A stretch of 64,000 bases of DNA from Parcubacteria group bacterium. GTDB taxonomy: Bacteria > Patescibacteriota > Minisyncoccia > Moranbacterales > UBA11712. The stretch is taken from assembly GCA_041659685.1 (NCBI GenBank), contig JBAZXV010000008.1, positions 3,332-67,331 on the forward strand, in the 5' to 3' direction. Position numbers and translations under genes: made by a program. The notes below the pieces were generated by a model. The model was given only the letters and a program-made list of their open reading frames with translations. It was not told where the DNA came from and did not search any database. Positions 23,406 to 33,993 of this stretch are shown here, piece by piece; within the stretch, counting starts at the first letter, position 1; every line of letters begins with the position of its first letter.

Positions 23406-25227
23406 CGGTGACGCTCTTTGCCAGATTGCGCGGCTTGTCTACATCAAGGCCTTTCAGAGCCGCGAAGTGATAGGCAAAAAGCTGAAGAGGGACTACCGAT
23501 AAAATCGGAGTCAGCATCTCAAGAGTTTTGGGTATATAAATAACATCGTCCGCGATTTTTTTCACTTCTTTGTCGCCCTGAGTGGTAATGGCTATCACTT
23601 TTCCGTTTCGGGCCTTTATTTCCTGCATGCCCGAAAAATTCTTTTCATAAACGCTGTCCTGCGGCATAACAAATATTGAAGGGAAATTTTTATCGATCAT
23701 GGCAATGGGACCATGTTTCATTTCACCGCTCGCAAACCCTTCGGCATGAACATAGCTCAATTCCTTGATCTTGATTGCGCCTTCAAGAGCTATCGGATAA
23801 TTATATTTTCTGCCAAGCAGAGAAAAATTATTCGCTTTGATATATTTTTTGGCTATTTTATTTATCTCTTCGCTTTGAGAAATAATTTTCTTTATTTTGG
23901 AAGGAATTTCGAGAAGCTCTTTGAGGATACGCTGGCCGGTAACCAAAGACATGCCCCTCTGGCGGCCCAAAAGGACCGTCATCAGGGCCATTATTGCAAG
24001 TTGTGAAGTAAATGCCTTCGTGGAAGCGACCGCTATTTCAGGACCGCTGTGATTGTATATTCCCGCGTCCGTTTCCCGGGCGATTGTCGATCCCACGGCG
24101 TTTACGATCCCCAGGGTCAAAGCTCCTTTTTCTTTTGCTTCTCTCACAGCCGCCAGAGTATCAGCTGTCTCTCCGGACTGGGAAACGGCGATAACTGCCG
24201 TATTCTTGTCAATAATCGGCTTTCGATAGCGGAATTCATGGGCGTAATCGACTTCCGTCGGGATCCCCGCATATTCCTCAAGCATGTATTCGCCGGTCAA
24301 AGCCGCCAGCCGCGCCGTTCCGCAAGCCACAATAACGAGCCGGTCAATTTCCCTCAGCCTGTCCTTCACAGATTCCAGGCCTCCCAGCTTGGCATTCCCC
24401 TTTTCCAAAATATACCTTCCTCTCACGCTGTTCATAAGAGACTCGGGCTGTTCCATGATTTCTTTCAGCATGAAATGGTCGTATCCTTTTTTCTCTGCCT
24501 CTTCAAGAGTCCAGTCGATCTTGGAAATTTTTTTATCAACTTTTTTCCGTTTAAAGTTCGTAACCTTGAAGTTGCCTTTCGTCACTTCGGCCATTTCCCC
24601 GTCTTCAAGATATATCACCTGGTCAGTATATCTCACAATCGGGGCCACGTCGGAAGCGATGATATATCCGTCGCTTGCCACCCCCAGAACCAACGGGCTT
24701 CCATTCCTTGCCAAAAAAATCCTCTCCGGTTCATTGCGGTCGATAATAGCCAGGCCGTAGGTTCCGTCGATATGCGCCAAAGTTCTCCAGATCGCTTCTT
24801 CGATCGGCACCTTTTTTTTGTATTCTTCGATAAGATGGGCCAAGACCTCCGTATCTGTTTCCGACAAAAACTTGTGTCCCATTTTTTCAAGATCCGTCTT
24901 CAGCTCCTTATAATTTTCAATTATCCCGTTATGGACAAGAAAAATATTTTTTCCGCAATCGCAGTGCGGATGAGCGTTTTTTTCGGAAGGTTTTCCGTGC
25001 GTTGCCCAACGGGTGTGGGCAATCCCGACGTGGCCCCTGATGTCCAGGCCGTTAATTTTATTTTCAAGTTCCACCACTTTCCCCACTGCCTTTTCCGTAA
25101 TAACCTTGTTCCCGTCAAGAACCGACAATCCGGCGCTGTCATAGCCCCGGTATTCCAACCTTTTAAGACCATCCATGAGAATTGGCATAGCCTCCTTTTT
25201 CCCAATATAACCGACAATTCCGCACAT
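23398..25227 (-). CDS. glmS: glutamine--fructose-6-phosphate aminotransferase
   Basis: MCGIVGY N-terminus, 609 aa, canonical C-terminus LAKSVTVE. Confidence 0.95.
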   Translation of the reverse strand: MCGIVGYIGKKEAMPILMDGLKRLEYRGYDSAGLSVLDGNKVITEKAVGKVVELENKINGLDIRGHVGIAHTRWATHGKPSEKNAHPHCDCGKNIFLVHNGIIENYKELKTDLEKMGHKFLSETDTEVLAHLIEEYKKKVPIEEAIWRTLAHIDGTYGLAIIDRNEPERIFLARNGSPLVLGVASDGYIIASDVAPIVRYTDQVIYLEDGEMAEVTKGNFKVTNFKRKKVDKKISKIDWTLEEAEKKGYDHFMLKEIMEQPESLMNSVRGRYILEKGNAKLGGLESVKDRLREIDRLVIVACGTARLAALTGEYMLEEYAGIPTEVDYAHEFRYRKPIIDKNTAVIAVSQSGETADTLAAVREAKEKGALTLGIVNAVGSTIARETDAGIYNHSGPEIAVASTKAFTSQLAIMALMTVLLGRQRGMSLVTGQRILKELLEIPSKIKKIISQSEEINKIAKKYIKANNFSLLGRKYNYPIALEGAIKIKELSYVHAEGFASGEMKHGPIAMIDKNFPSIFVMPQDSVYEKNFSGMQEIKARNGKVIAITTQGDKEVKKIADDVIYIPKTLEMLTPILSVVPLQLFAYHFAALKGLDVDKPRNLAKSVTVE

Positions 25228-25287
25228 GAATTTTTGATTTAAGAATTATGAACTATGATCTAAAAAAGTAATATCTTACGGCCATTC

Positions 25288-25974
25288 TTAAACCGTTAAG
25301 CTTTTTAATATTTTTTCGATTTCCTTGAAATTTTTGACTTCGTAATCAACATATTTTGTTTTTTTGTCTTTGTAGCGCCCTTCTTTCCGCTTGATGAAAA
25401 AGGTGATGCATTTCTTAAACTTTTTCTTTACGGCGTCAATCTGCTCGATGCGGTCGTCAATAAAAACAAAAACGTCACCGTTTGATGAAAAGCGGCTGAT
25501 CACTTCGGACTTTATTTTGTCTGTTACCACTATTCTTTTAAAATATCTTTTTAGGTTGCATCCGTCTATTTTTTTGGCCTGAAATTTTGCATGCCCGAAC
25601 GTGATAATATGCAGATTGTTTTTGCTGAAATTTTTTAAAAACGGGTTTATGTCCTTAAAGATATACTTCCGGCTGTTTTTCAAAAACCTGTCGAGATCGC
25701 TCTTCGTTTTTTTTCCGTCAATCCCCAGTTCTTTTTCCAAAAATCTTATCTGATTATAGGGATCGCGCTTGGCAATTCCGGATTTGTTTTTCTTGGATAA
25801 TTCCCTGTATGTTCGGGAGAAATCTTCTTCCGAAACTCCATTTTTCTCGAACACGCCTATCAGCCCTTCTTTAAAAGCTTTCGTATAGAAAATCGCATCA
25901 TCAAAATCGATGAATATCTTCAGCTCCTTAGGTATTTCTTTTTTCATAATTAAGTGGAAGTCCCGTGTCTTCAA
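25288..25974 (-). CDS. HAD-superfamily hydrolase-like protein
   Basis: FIDFDDAIF (DxD motif I) and VFIDDRIEQ (motif IV-like). Confidence 0.45.
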   Translation of the reverse strand: MKTRDFHLIMKKEIPKELKIFIDFDDAIFYTKAFKEGLIGVFEKNGVSEEDFSRTYRELSKKNKSGIAKRDPYNQIRFLEKELGIDGKKTKSDLDRFLKNSRKYIFKDINPFLKNFSKNNLHIITFGHAKFQAKKIDGCNLKRYFKRIVVTDKIKSEVISRFSSNGDVFVFIDDRIEQIDAVKKKFKKCITFFIKRKEGRYKDKKTKYVDYEVKNFKEIEKILKSLTV

Positions 25975-26006
25975 AGTATTGAATTCGTGGCAGACTTCAT
26001 GAATTG

Positions 26007-27020
26007 TTAATATTTTCCGTTAATTATTTTCATCAATACTTTTGCCAATTTATCACTGTCGTGGCGGATCAGCGCCCGCGTGCCTGAAATGGCGTCCGAT
26101 TTCGAATATTTCACTGCTTCGGAGCTGAGAAGATCGGATCTAACGACCCGAAAGCCCCGCTTCCCCTCCTCAGCCTCGTAAAATTCAACCATCGCCCCCT
26201 TGCCTTCTTTCCTTTCGTATCTGTCCATTAGTTTTTTCGGCGGTTTCTTCGAATTGAAAGTGACAAAATTTATTCTTCCAGCCCCCAAGTATTTCTCCAA
26301 ATGTCTGACATATCTCTCCAGGTCATATCCGTCTGTTTGGCCTTTCCGATTGGTCAAATTGCAATTAAAAATCAACCTGGCTTTCGATTTTTGAATCGCC
26401 CGCCTGATTTCATCAACCAAGAAATTAGGAATCAGGGATCCGTAAAGATCTCCCGGACCGATAATGATAAAATCAGCTTTTCTTATCCGGTCAAGAGCCT
26501 GCCTGCACGCCCTCACTTTTTTCACAAGCCTGACTTCTTTTATTCCAATTTTTCTGATTTCTTCGCTATGATCAAGCTCCGTTTCCCCTTTCAGAACTTT
26601 TCCGTTGTTAAGCCGGATGAGAAGCCGCATATCTCCCTCGGAAACAGGCATCACCTCTCCAACGATATTCAATATTTTCCCGACTTCCTCTGTTGCCTTC
26701 ACGAAGCTTCCAGCCGTCTTTTCAAGCGCCGAAATGAAAATATTTCCGAAACTGTGGCCCTTCAGCCCGCCGTTTTCAAAACGGTAGCCCATCAGGTTCC
26801 GCATGAGGCTCGACGATTCAGAAAGAGCCACCAGGCACTGCCGAACATCTCCCGGAGGAAGCACTCCGAGCTCGTCGCGAAGAAGCCCGGTCGATCCGCC
26901 GTCGTCCGCCATCGATAAAATCGCCGTTATGTTCACCGAATATTTTTTGAGCCCCGAAAGCAAAACAAAGCTTCCTGTCCCTCCGCCGATTGTAACCACA
27001 TTCTTTTTTTTCATCATCAA
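26007..27020 (-). CDS. YvcK/CofD-family (UPF0052, gluconeogenesis factor-like) protein
   Basis: VVTIGGGTGSFVLLSGLK...ITAILSMADDGGSTGLLRDELGVLPPGDVRQCL. Confidence 0.8.
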   Translation of the reverse strand: MMMKKKNVVTIGGGTGSFVLLSGLKKYSVNITAILSMADDGGSTGLLRDELGVLPPGDVRQCLVALSESSSLMRNLMGYRFENGGLKGHSFGNIFISALEKTAGSFVKATEEVGKILNIVGEVMPVSEGDMRLLIRLNNGKVLKGETELDHSEEIRKIGIKEVRLVKKVRACRQALDRIRKADFIIIGPGDLYGSLIPNFLVDEIRRAIQKSKARLIFNCNLTNRKGQTDGYDLERYVRHLEKYLGAGRINFVTFNSKKPPKKLMDRYERKEGKGAMVEFYEAEEGKRGFRVVRSDLLSSEAVKYSKSDAISGTRALIRHDSDKLAKVLMKIINGKY

Positions 27021-27973
27021 TTTAGATCGTAATTATAATCTCCGTCGTCATTATTCCTGATCGTGTTTTTTGAGAGTTTTACGTTTTTCTTTATGAATGT
27101 GACGAATTTATCCCGAAGCGAAGATGCAAAACGGATAAATTTTATGCCGTATTTTCCGTTTCCCGTGATGGTGTTTTTCTTTATATTCACTTTTCCTTTC
27201 TTCGAGGAATAAACCTGCACCCCGATTCCCTGCGCGTCGTTATTTTTTATGTCATTGCTTTGGATTGTCAAATTCGTCCCGGCGAGAATAAGCTCGATTC
27301 CGCTCTCGCCGTTGTCTTCAATCCTGTTATTCCTTATGGTTCCCTTGATCCCGTCATGGAGATCGACTCCCTCTTCGCCGTTTTTGTGAATGTAATTCCC
27401 TTTGAGGCTTATCCGGCGCGCTGAGGCGTAAATTCCATATTTTTTGCCTCCATTCACACTACTGTTCGTCATCGTGAAGACATAACTCTTCCGGTTTGAT
27501 CCCTTCTTGATTTCAATTCCCACAATTGCCGAGTCCTTCATCTCGCAATTTTCAACCGTCACTTTTGATTTTCTGTCGACAATAAGATTATTATTGGCGT
27601 TTCTTACCGTTATGTCTTTTATGGTGCTTTTTGTCGATTCAAAATAGATGCCCGCGCTTTTCCCGCCCGCGTCGATAATCGTGTTTTCCTTGTTCTCACC
27701 ATATAATCTCGTGTGGTTTCGCAAGGTTATCGATTCATTATAGGTTCCTCTCGAAATATACACCCTTTCCTTTTTCAGCCCGTGTTCCCTGATATAATCC
27801 GTCGCCTGCGTGATCGTCTTCCAGGGATAGTTCTGGGTTCCGTCCTGGACCTCCTGGCTTGAGTTGGCATCGACATAAAAATTATATTCTGCCGCTCTCG
27901 CCTGATTCGCCGCAAACAGCAACAATGATGCCAAAATGATTTTTATTACTTTTATTTTCATAAATTTTTCCAC
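27017..27973 (-). CDS. secreted right-handed parallel beta-helix repeat protein
   Basis: Signal peptide (ILASLLLFAANQARA). Repeated segments of N..I.NN / G.GI. periodicity typical of pectate-lyase-like beta-helices. Confidence 0.55.
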   Translation of the reverse strand: MEKFMKIKVIKIILASLLLFAANQARAAEYNFYVDANSSQEVQDGTQNYPWKTITQATDYIREHGLKKERVYISRGTYNESITLRNHTRLYGENKENTIIDAGGKSAGIYFESTKSTIKDITVRNANNNLIVDRKSKVTVENCEMKDSAIVGIEIKKGSNRKSYVFTMTNSSVNGGKKYGIYASARRISLKGNYIHKNGEEGVDLHDGIKGTIRNNRIEDNGESGIELILAGTNLTIQSNDIKNNDAQGIGVQVYSSKKGKVNIKKNTITGNGKYGIKFIRFASSLRDKFVTFIKKNVKLSKNTIRNNDDGDYNYDLN

Positions 27974-28024
27974 TGTCAGTCCAAAATCAATTCCAAGGCT
28001 AATTAGGCTGGATCAGGCTGACAA

Positions 28025-28705
28025 TTATTTGAATTTTTCTATCTCCGTCTGGGCTTTCTCGAGGTCTTGAGGATTTCCAATCGCCATCCAGCGCGTCGTT
28101 TTCATTACTTTCACCGGATAGTCCTTCGCCATCACTGCCAAGGTTTGAGGGAGTCCGAATTCTTTTCCCGTTATCCTAACCAACTCATAATCAAAAAATT
28201 TATCATTAAGCATGAAAGCGTTCGTGCTGACAAAGGCATCCCCTTCCATCTTTGGTTTTTCGACTATTTCAACAAGCTTCCCCTCCTCATCCGTCTTAAG
28301 GACTCCGAACCTTGACGGATCATCGACTTCCTGAGCGAGAACCGCCAAGCTTTCTTTTATCATATCTTTCAAATCTTTTTTGTAGTAAAGGTCATCTCCC
28401 ATAACAACCAAGAATTTTCCTTTCGCCAGATTTTTACACGCGTGAAGCGCCCCGCCCGTTCCATTCAGTTCTTTTTGGACGACATATTTTATTTTCCGGC
28501 CCTTCCAAACGCCCCCGAAATAATTTTTTATTTGGTCGGAAAGATAATTGACAACGATTATGACTTCGTCGATCTCGTCCGGCAAAAAGGAAAGTGTCCA
28601 TTCCAAAATTGGCTTTCCTTTGATGAAAAGCATTGGCTTTGGCGTTTTATATGTGAGCGGTCGCATTCTTGTCCCTTCTCCCGCGGCCATGATGACTGCT
28701 TGCAT
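28025..28705 (-). CDS. sugar-phosphate nucleotidyltransferase (RmlA/GlmU-N-like)
   Basis: MQAVIMAAGEGTRMRPLTYKTPKPML. The called ORF extends to 28750, but its first 15 codons are encoded by the intergenic cagatt-repeat palindrome, so the start is probably at 28705. Confidence 0.7.
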   Translation of the reverse strand: MQAVIMAAGEGTRMRPLTYKTPKPMLFIKGKPILEWTLSFLPDEIDEVIIVVNYLSDQIKNYFGGVWKGRKIKYVVQKELNGTGGALHACKNLAKGKFLVVMGDDLYYKKDLKDMIKESLAVLAQEVDDPSRFGVLKTDEEGKLVEIVEKPKMEGDAFVSTNAFMLNDKFFDYELVRITGKEFGLPQTLAVMAKDYPVKVMKTTRWMAIGNPQDLEKAQTEIEKFK

Positions 28706-28791
28706 ATGGAATACAGATTGTGAACAGATTTGACACAGATTAATTTGCAATGATCTGTATTATCCGCGTGTAATCTGTCAAAAATTTGCGT

Positions 28792-31695
28792 TTAATGTGT
28801 GATTACGAAGTTTATCAATCTGTCTTTCACAAAAATAATTTTCCGTATATCTTTTCCTTCCGTGTATTTTATAATCTTTTGGCTCTCGAGCGCCAGCTTC
28901 TTCGCTTCCTCTTCCTTGACACCGGACGGGACCTTAATCTGGTCGCGAACCTTACCGTTCACTTGAATAATCAGCATTATTTCTTCGTCTTGGACGAGTT
29001 TCGGGTCATACTCCGGCCATTTTTCAAAAAATATAGATTCTTTGCGGCCGAGTTTTTCTTGCCATATCTCCTCCGCCATATGCGGTGCGAATGGGCTTAG
29101 TATAGTATTTAGCAGTTGGTAGCTGATAATCGGTAACTCTTTTTCTTTCTCCATTTCATTCACTAAAATCATCATCGCCGAAATCGCCGTATTGAACCGC
29201 AGATTATCGATATCTTCGGTAACTTTTTTTATAGTCTTATGCAATAATGAATTTATTTTCGTGTTTTGTGTTTTGGGGCCTGGGTTTTGTTTGGTATTTT
29301 GTGTGTTCGTGCTTTGTGTTTTTTCTTCCAATCGCCAGACCCGCTCCAAAAATCTTCTCAATCCTATAATACTGGATGTGTTCCATCTTTTCATATCCTC
29401 AAGCGGACCCATGAACATTTCATAAAGCCGAAGGACATCCGCGCCGTACTCTTTCACTATTTCATCCGGATTAATGACGTTTCCCAAAGACTTCGACATT
29501 TTCCGCCCGTCCTCGGCAATAACAATCCCTTGATGGCGAAGTTTTTTGAACGGCTCGTCGAAATCGATGCGGCCGTGCCTGTGAAGCGCTTTCGTGAAAA
29601 ATCGGGAATACAGCAAATGAAGAACCGTGTGTTCGGCGCCACCGATATAGAGGTCAACCGGCAGCCATTTTTCTATTTTTTCTTTTCCGGCAAATTCTTT
29701 TTCGTTCTTCGGATCAGAAAATCTGAAAAAATACCAGGATGAGCAGACGAATGTGTCCATCGTGTCGAGCTCCCGTTTTGCGGCGGCGCCGCATTTCGGA
29801 CAAACCGTATTCACAAAATCAGAATTTGTTCCAAGCGGCGATGTTCCTTTCGGGCGATAATCCTTCACCTCCGGAAGAAGAACGGGAAGATCTTTCTCGG
29901 AAACCGGCTGCCATCCGCACTTTTCGCAATAAATCATCGGTATCGGGCTTCCCCAATATCTTTGCCGCGAAATGAGCCAGTCGCGGATCTTATAGGTTGT
30001 TTTTCTTCCGCCAAAATTATTTTTTTCAAGCCAAACGGCCATTTCTTCGCGGGCTTTTTCCGATGAAAGACCGGAATATTTTCCCGAATTCACCAAAAAT
30101 CCCTTTTCGGTTAGCACTTTTCCTTCGAGATAAGAAAGATCGATCTTGTCCTTCTCTTCGCTCCTGTTTTTTATGAAATAATTTTTCAAATTTATGAGAA
30201 ATTTCCGGCTCAAAACAAGTGACTGATAATCGCCAAATGTTTTGATCTCTTCTTCGAAATCACAATCTTTTAATCCGTATTCCCAGGCGCAAGGGCCGAT
30301 ATCCACTTCGATTCCGTTTGAATTTTTGAAAATAAAGTTAGTCAATTTTTCGGTTAACTTTTTCTCTTTTATCTTTTCGAAGCCAAGCTTCTCGAGAACG
30401 GCTATCATCTTTTCCTGCGAAGCCGGATCTCTGGCGATCAGATCCAGATCGTCGTGCTCGCGATATACGATTCCCGCATAAAATGCATTGGCCAGGCCGC
30501 CAAGAAGCCAGAACTTTACATTTTCTTTTTGCGCTTCATTATATATTTCCTTCAGGGCCTCCAGAACCTTTATTGTCTTTTCATAAGATTCGAAATCAAG
30601 AGTGATGGATTGGCTTATCGGCAGATTGTATTTTTTTGCAAACTCAAAATCCCGCTCGTCGTGAGCCGGAACAGCCATTACTGCGCCGGTGCCGTAGGTT
30701 GAAAGAACATAATCGGCAACGAATATGGGAACTTCCTTGTCCGTGAAGGGATTAATTACCCTAAGGCCTTTGATTTCGACTCCCGTTTTTTCTTTCTGGA
30801 GTTCCGTTCGCTCGAGATCCGTTTTCCTTTTCGCTTCGTTAATATATTTTTCAACTTCCTTGTAATTTTCAATCCCATCTTTTATTTTTTCTATAATCGG
30901 ATGTTCTGGAGAGACAACTGCATAGGTCATGCCATATACAGTATCCAAACGAGTTGTATAGACCCTAATTCCTGATTCGTAATTCGTAATTCGTAATTCA
31001 AATTCCGCGCCGACGGACTTTCCAATCCAATTTTTTTGCGCGATTTTTGTCGATTGCGGCCAGTCAATCTTGTCGAGCCCCTCAATGAGTTCTTCCGCAA
31101 AATCGGTTATCTTGAAAAACCACTGCTCAAGATCTTTCTGGATCACTTCGTTCTTGCAGCGTTCGCAAATTCCGCCTTCCGCCTGCTCGTTGGCGAGAAC
31201 CGTCTGGCAGGATCCGCACCAGTTTACCTTCGCCTTTTTGCGGTAAGCAAGGCCGTTTTTATATAAAAACAAAAAGAACCATTGGGTCCATTTGTAATAT
31301 CCGGGATTCGAAGTGTCGATTTCCCGCTTCCAGTCATAAGACAGCCCAAGGCTCTTGATTTGTCCCGTAAAATTTTTGATATTTTGATGCGTACTCTTGT
31401 CGGGATGAACTCCGGTCTTGATGGCATAGTTTTCCGCCGGAAGGCCGAACGCGTCCCACCCCATCGGATGCAGAACATTTTTTCCTTTCATTCGCTGATA
31501 ACGGGAATATATGTCTGAGGCAGTGTATCCTTCCACGTGCCCGACATGGAGCCCGTCGCCCGAAGGATACGGAAACATATCAAGGCAATAGAATTTTTCC
31601 TTTTCCGACTTCTCGTCCGCCTCAAAAAGTTCCGGATGCTCCGCCCAGTATTTTTGCCACTTTCTCTCAATTTTCTTAGGATTATACTTAGGCAT
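28792..31695 (-). CDS. leuS: leucine--tRNA ligase
   Basis: 967 aa. PYPSGDGLHVGHVEGY (HIGH) and KMSKSLGNVI (KMSKS) motifs. Confidence 0.95.
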   Translation of the reverse strand: MPKYNPKKIERKWQKYWAEHPELFEADEKSEKEKFYCLDMFPYPSGDGLHVGHVEGYTASDIYSRYQRMKGKNVLHPMGWDAFGLPAENYAIKTGVHPDKSTHQNIKNFTGQIKSLGLSYDWKREIDTSNPGYYKWTQWFFLFLYKNGLAYRKKAKVNWCGSCQTVLANEQAEGGICERCKNEVIQKDLEQWFFKITDFAEELIEGLDKIDWPQSTKIAQKNWIGKSVGAEFELRITNYESGIRVYTTRLDTVYGMTYAVVSPEHPIIEKIKDGIENYKEVEKYINEAKRKTDLERTELQKEKTGVEIKGLRVINPFTDKEVPIFVADYVLSTYGTGAVMAVPAHDERDFEFAKKYNLPISQSITLDFESYEKTIKVLEALKEIYNEAQKENVKFWLLGGLANAFYAGIVYREHDDLDLIARDPASQEKMIAVLEKLGFEKIKEKKLTEKLTNFIFKNSNGIEVDIGPCAWEYGLKDCDFEEEIKTFGDYQSLVLSRKFLINLKNYFIKNRSEEKDKIDLSYLEGKVLTEKGFLVNSGKYSGLSSEKAREEMAVWLEKNNFGGRKTTYKIRDWLISRQRYWGSPIPMIYCEKCGWQPVSEKDLPVLLPEVKDYRPKGTSPLGTNSDFVNTVCPKCGAAAKRELDTMDTFVCSSWYFFRFSDPKNEKEFAGKEKIEKWLPVDLYIGGAEHTVLHLLYSRFFTKALHRHGRIDFDEPFKKLRHQGIVIAEDGRKMSKSLGNVINPDEIVKEYGADVLRLYEMFMGPLEDMKRWNTSSIIGLRRFLERVWRLEEKTQSTNTQNTKQNPGPKTQNTKINSLLHKTIKKVTEDIDNLRFNTAISAMMILVNEMEKEKELPIISYQLLNTILSPFAPHMAEEIWQEKLGRKESIFFEKWPEYDPKLVQDEEIMLIIQVNGKVRDQIKVPSGVKEEEAKKLALESQKIIKYTEGKDIRKIIFVKDRLINFVITH

Positions 31696-31841
31696 AATTT
31701 AAATGTTTTGCCCCTTAACTCTATCCCATTTGGGGATTTTTTTCAACTTATAATTTGATTTTTATATTATTGACAACCAATAAAAAAAGTGTTAGCGTTC
31801 TTCGACAGATCTTTGTCAAAAAATTTTTGCCGGAGGGGCAG

Positions 31842-32972
31842 ATGAAACTTCATATAACATTGAATCCCGCTGATGATTGCGACCGGGGATGCGCCCATTG
31901 CTTCCTGGAATCTACTCCCAATAAGGGAACAAGAATGGTGCCGGAAACGATGGAAATTCTCATTGAAGAAGTCAAGAAAATCAACCCCGAACAACTGTTT
32001 TGGGCGTACACTGGCGGCGGAGAACCTTTTCGAAATCCAATGATTACCGAACTCATAGAGAGTCCTCTTAGACCGCTCGGAGGAAAAATGGCAAAACTTC
32101 GGATCGTAACATCCGGATTTTTGCCAAAAAATGAGGACGAAATCGAACGCTTTATTCGGCTTATCGAAAAACCCTTCTCCGGATTCCTGCAAATTCTCCT
32201 AAGTTTCAATCTTTTTAACCCGCAATTTCCCAGAAGGCTGAAAAACACCCTGGCTTTGATTATGAACCACCGCAGCAGAGCCGGATTCACCTTCATCAGG
32301 CTTTGCCTGAGCTGCGAAGGCTTTGGACGTTCATACCGGTCTCTCGAAAAAGTATTGAACGATTTTTGCTCCGATACCCATTCCGAAATTCTCCCTATGT
32401 TTGCGGAAATACCAAAAAGCCAGATGGATTCTGCAATCAGCTTCTTTCTGCCGGAAAGGCAATTGATAGCAAAGAAAAATTTTCCGGGCGAAGAGGACGG
32501 GGAGCAATGGGAATGGATAAAAGAGCGATGGTCCGAAGATCGGGAAGGAAAAATGATTGACGAAGCGCACCTCTATGACCTTTTCTGCTGGGCAAGCAAT
32601 CCGATGCGCGGCGTATTTCCTCTCATCATCCAGCCCATTCCTCTCCTGAAAATCGGACGGGCAAAAAAAATTCGCCAGACTCCCCTCCGCTATTTTTACT
32701 GCGATTCCATTATGGGGCGCCCCGATAATGGCTCGGAAAGAATTATCGTGGGAGCGGATGGAAGCCTTTACCCGCAAATGCAATGCTGCGGATCCCAGAG
32801 GATGTCGCTCGGGAAACTCGGAAAAGATTCTCTCCGGGAAGCATTGGATCGCAAAAGAGAATTTTCTTCAGTTGCTCTCAAGGAAATCTTGGCGGACGGA
32901 AGAATGTTCGATGAGGAAAGCAACGGCATATGTGAAGTGTGCAAAAGCATCAAATCCAGGCTGAAACTTTAG
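31842..32972 (+). CDS. radical SAM protein with C-terminal Cys-rich (SPASM-like) region
   Basis: CDRGCAHCF (CxxxCxxC) near the N-terminus. C-terminal QCCGSQRMSLGKL...NGICEVCKS. The ORF track starts at 31755, and the start at the MKLHITL methionine is more likely. This is the only sizeable plus-strand gene in the window. Confidence 0.65.
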   Translation: MKLHITLNPADDCDRGCAHCFLESTPNKGTRMVPETMEILIEEVKKINPEQLFWAYTGGGEPFRNPMITELIESPLRPLGGKMAKLRIVTSGFLPKNEDEIERFIRLIEKPFSGFLQILLSFNLFNPQFPRRLKNTLALIMNHRSRAGFTFIRLCLSCEGFGRSYRSLEKVLNDFCSDTHSEILPMFAEIPKSQMDSAISFFLPERQLIAKKNFPGEEDGEQWEWIKERWSEDREGKMIDEAHLYDLFCWASNPMRGVFPLIIQPIPLLKIGRAKKIRQTPLRYFYCDSIMGRPDNGSERIIVGADGSLYPQMQCCGSQRMSLGKLGKDSLREALDRKREFSSVALKEILADGRMFDEESNGICEVCKSIKSRLKL

Positions 32973-33118
32973 CCTGGATAAAATAAAGGGCGGACCTCAC
33001 GGACCGCCCTTTTGATATTCTTGAAATATAAATTATGCAAAAGGAATTTTATCGGAATATAAAATGATTGGGATCCGCAACCTTCTGCGGATCCCGTGTC
33101 TTCCATGCAGCCTTCCTT

Positions 33119-33400
33119 TCAGGCGTAGAAGACATTGTAGGGTGATATGACCCCCGCGGCCTGTTGGAAAAGATTCTCTCCGCCGGGCAAAGATTGGTTA
33201 GTATAGAGGCGCACATCCGGCCTCGATACTTTGCTTGAGCGCACTTCCTGAAGAGCTCTTTTGGTGTCTCCTCCACAGAGGATATACTCGGCGCTTTTGC
33301 GGAATTCAGGATATCCCTGCAGCTTTTTTCGGAGCTCCTCTTCTCCGCACCCCATGCAAATGACCACTGTAACATGCGGCACAACCCCTTTTAGACTCAT
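33119..33400 (-). CDS. hypothetical small Cys-containing protein (CMGCG / LCGG)
   Basis: 93-aa ORF convergent with the rSAM gene. No family recognised. Confidence 0.3.
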   Translation of the reverse strand: MSLKGVVPHVTVVICMGCGEEELRKKLQGYPEFRKSAEYILCGGDTKRALQEVRSSKVSRPDVRLYTNQSLPGGENLFQQAAGVISPYNVFYA

Positions 33401-33726
33401 CTTCCGGGACCTCCTTCCCTTGAAAGATAGATTTGCTATTAATAAACGCTGGCGGTACTAGTTAATAAGAAACTAGCAAAAAAGAAGGAAATATTCAAGT
33501 AAACAAAAAGATGCGATCAGCGCCATACTTTTTTTGCTGTATACAACTCTAAAAGATATCGTGATCTTATGATATCAGCATTCTTTCCGTCGGCAAGTTA
33601 TTTTTTCCGATTTTCCGGTTTACTTCTTTTGGGTTTTTTCAAGAAGCTCGGCCAATTTTCTTTTTTTTGAAAATCCGCCCGCTGGAACTCAAGGCCCAAA
33701 TATATTATAATTAAGAATAGGACGAT

Positions 33727-33951
33727 ATGGAAAAAACAAAATCAAAACTCGAGCAAGAATCCCTGAGAGTGATTTCTTCCTATTTCGGGGAAAAAACAGG
33801 AAAACTTTATGAAGACAAATTTATCGGCAAAAGCGATGCCATTGTTTTGGTAATGGTGCGGGAGCTTTTGGGGGAATATTTGGGCCAAATAGAGACCGAG
33901 GCGCAAATGAGGTCTCTTTATAAATTAATAGACAATAATTTACCCCGTTAG
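33727..33951 (+). CDS. hypothetical small protein
   Basis: 74-aa ORF that reads as a real protein and sits upstream of the membrane protein at 33994. Confidence 0.4.
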   Translation: MEKTKSKLEQESLRVISSYFGEKTGKLYEDKFIGKSDAIVLVMVRELLGEYLGQIETEAQMRSLYKLIDNNLPR

Positions 33952-33993
33952 AAATCATAACCGCTTTGTATGATTTCCGACTGAAAAAATAAC

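Noticed and set aside
24049-25242. 397-aa plus-strand ORF plus several shorter ones.
   Set aside because: They are antisense to glmS, whose identity is unambiguous. Shadow ORFs.
30940-31010. Tandem heptamer aattacg x3 (and cctaattcctgattcgtaatt) inside leuS. A similar attcgtaattcc occurs near 44761-44800 in tatD.
   Set aside because: They are in frame in leuS (encoding ELRITNYES) with no disruption. They are probably chance or slippage-prone low-complexity sequence rather than a discrete element.
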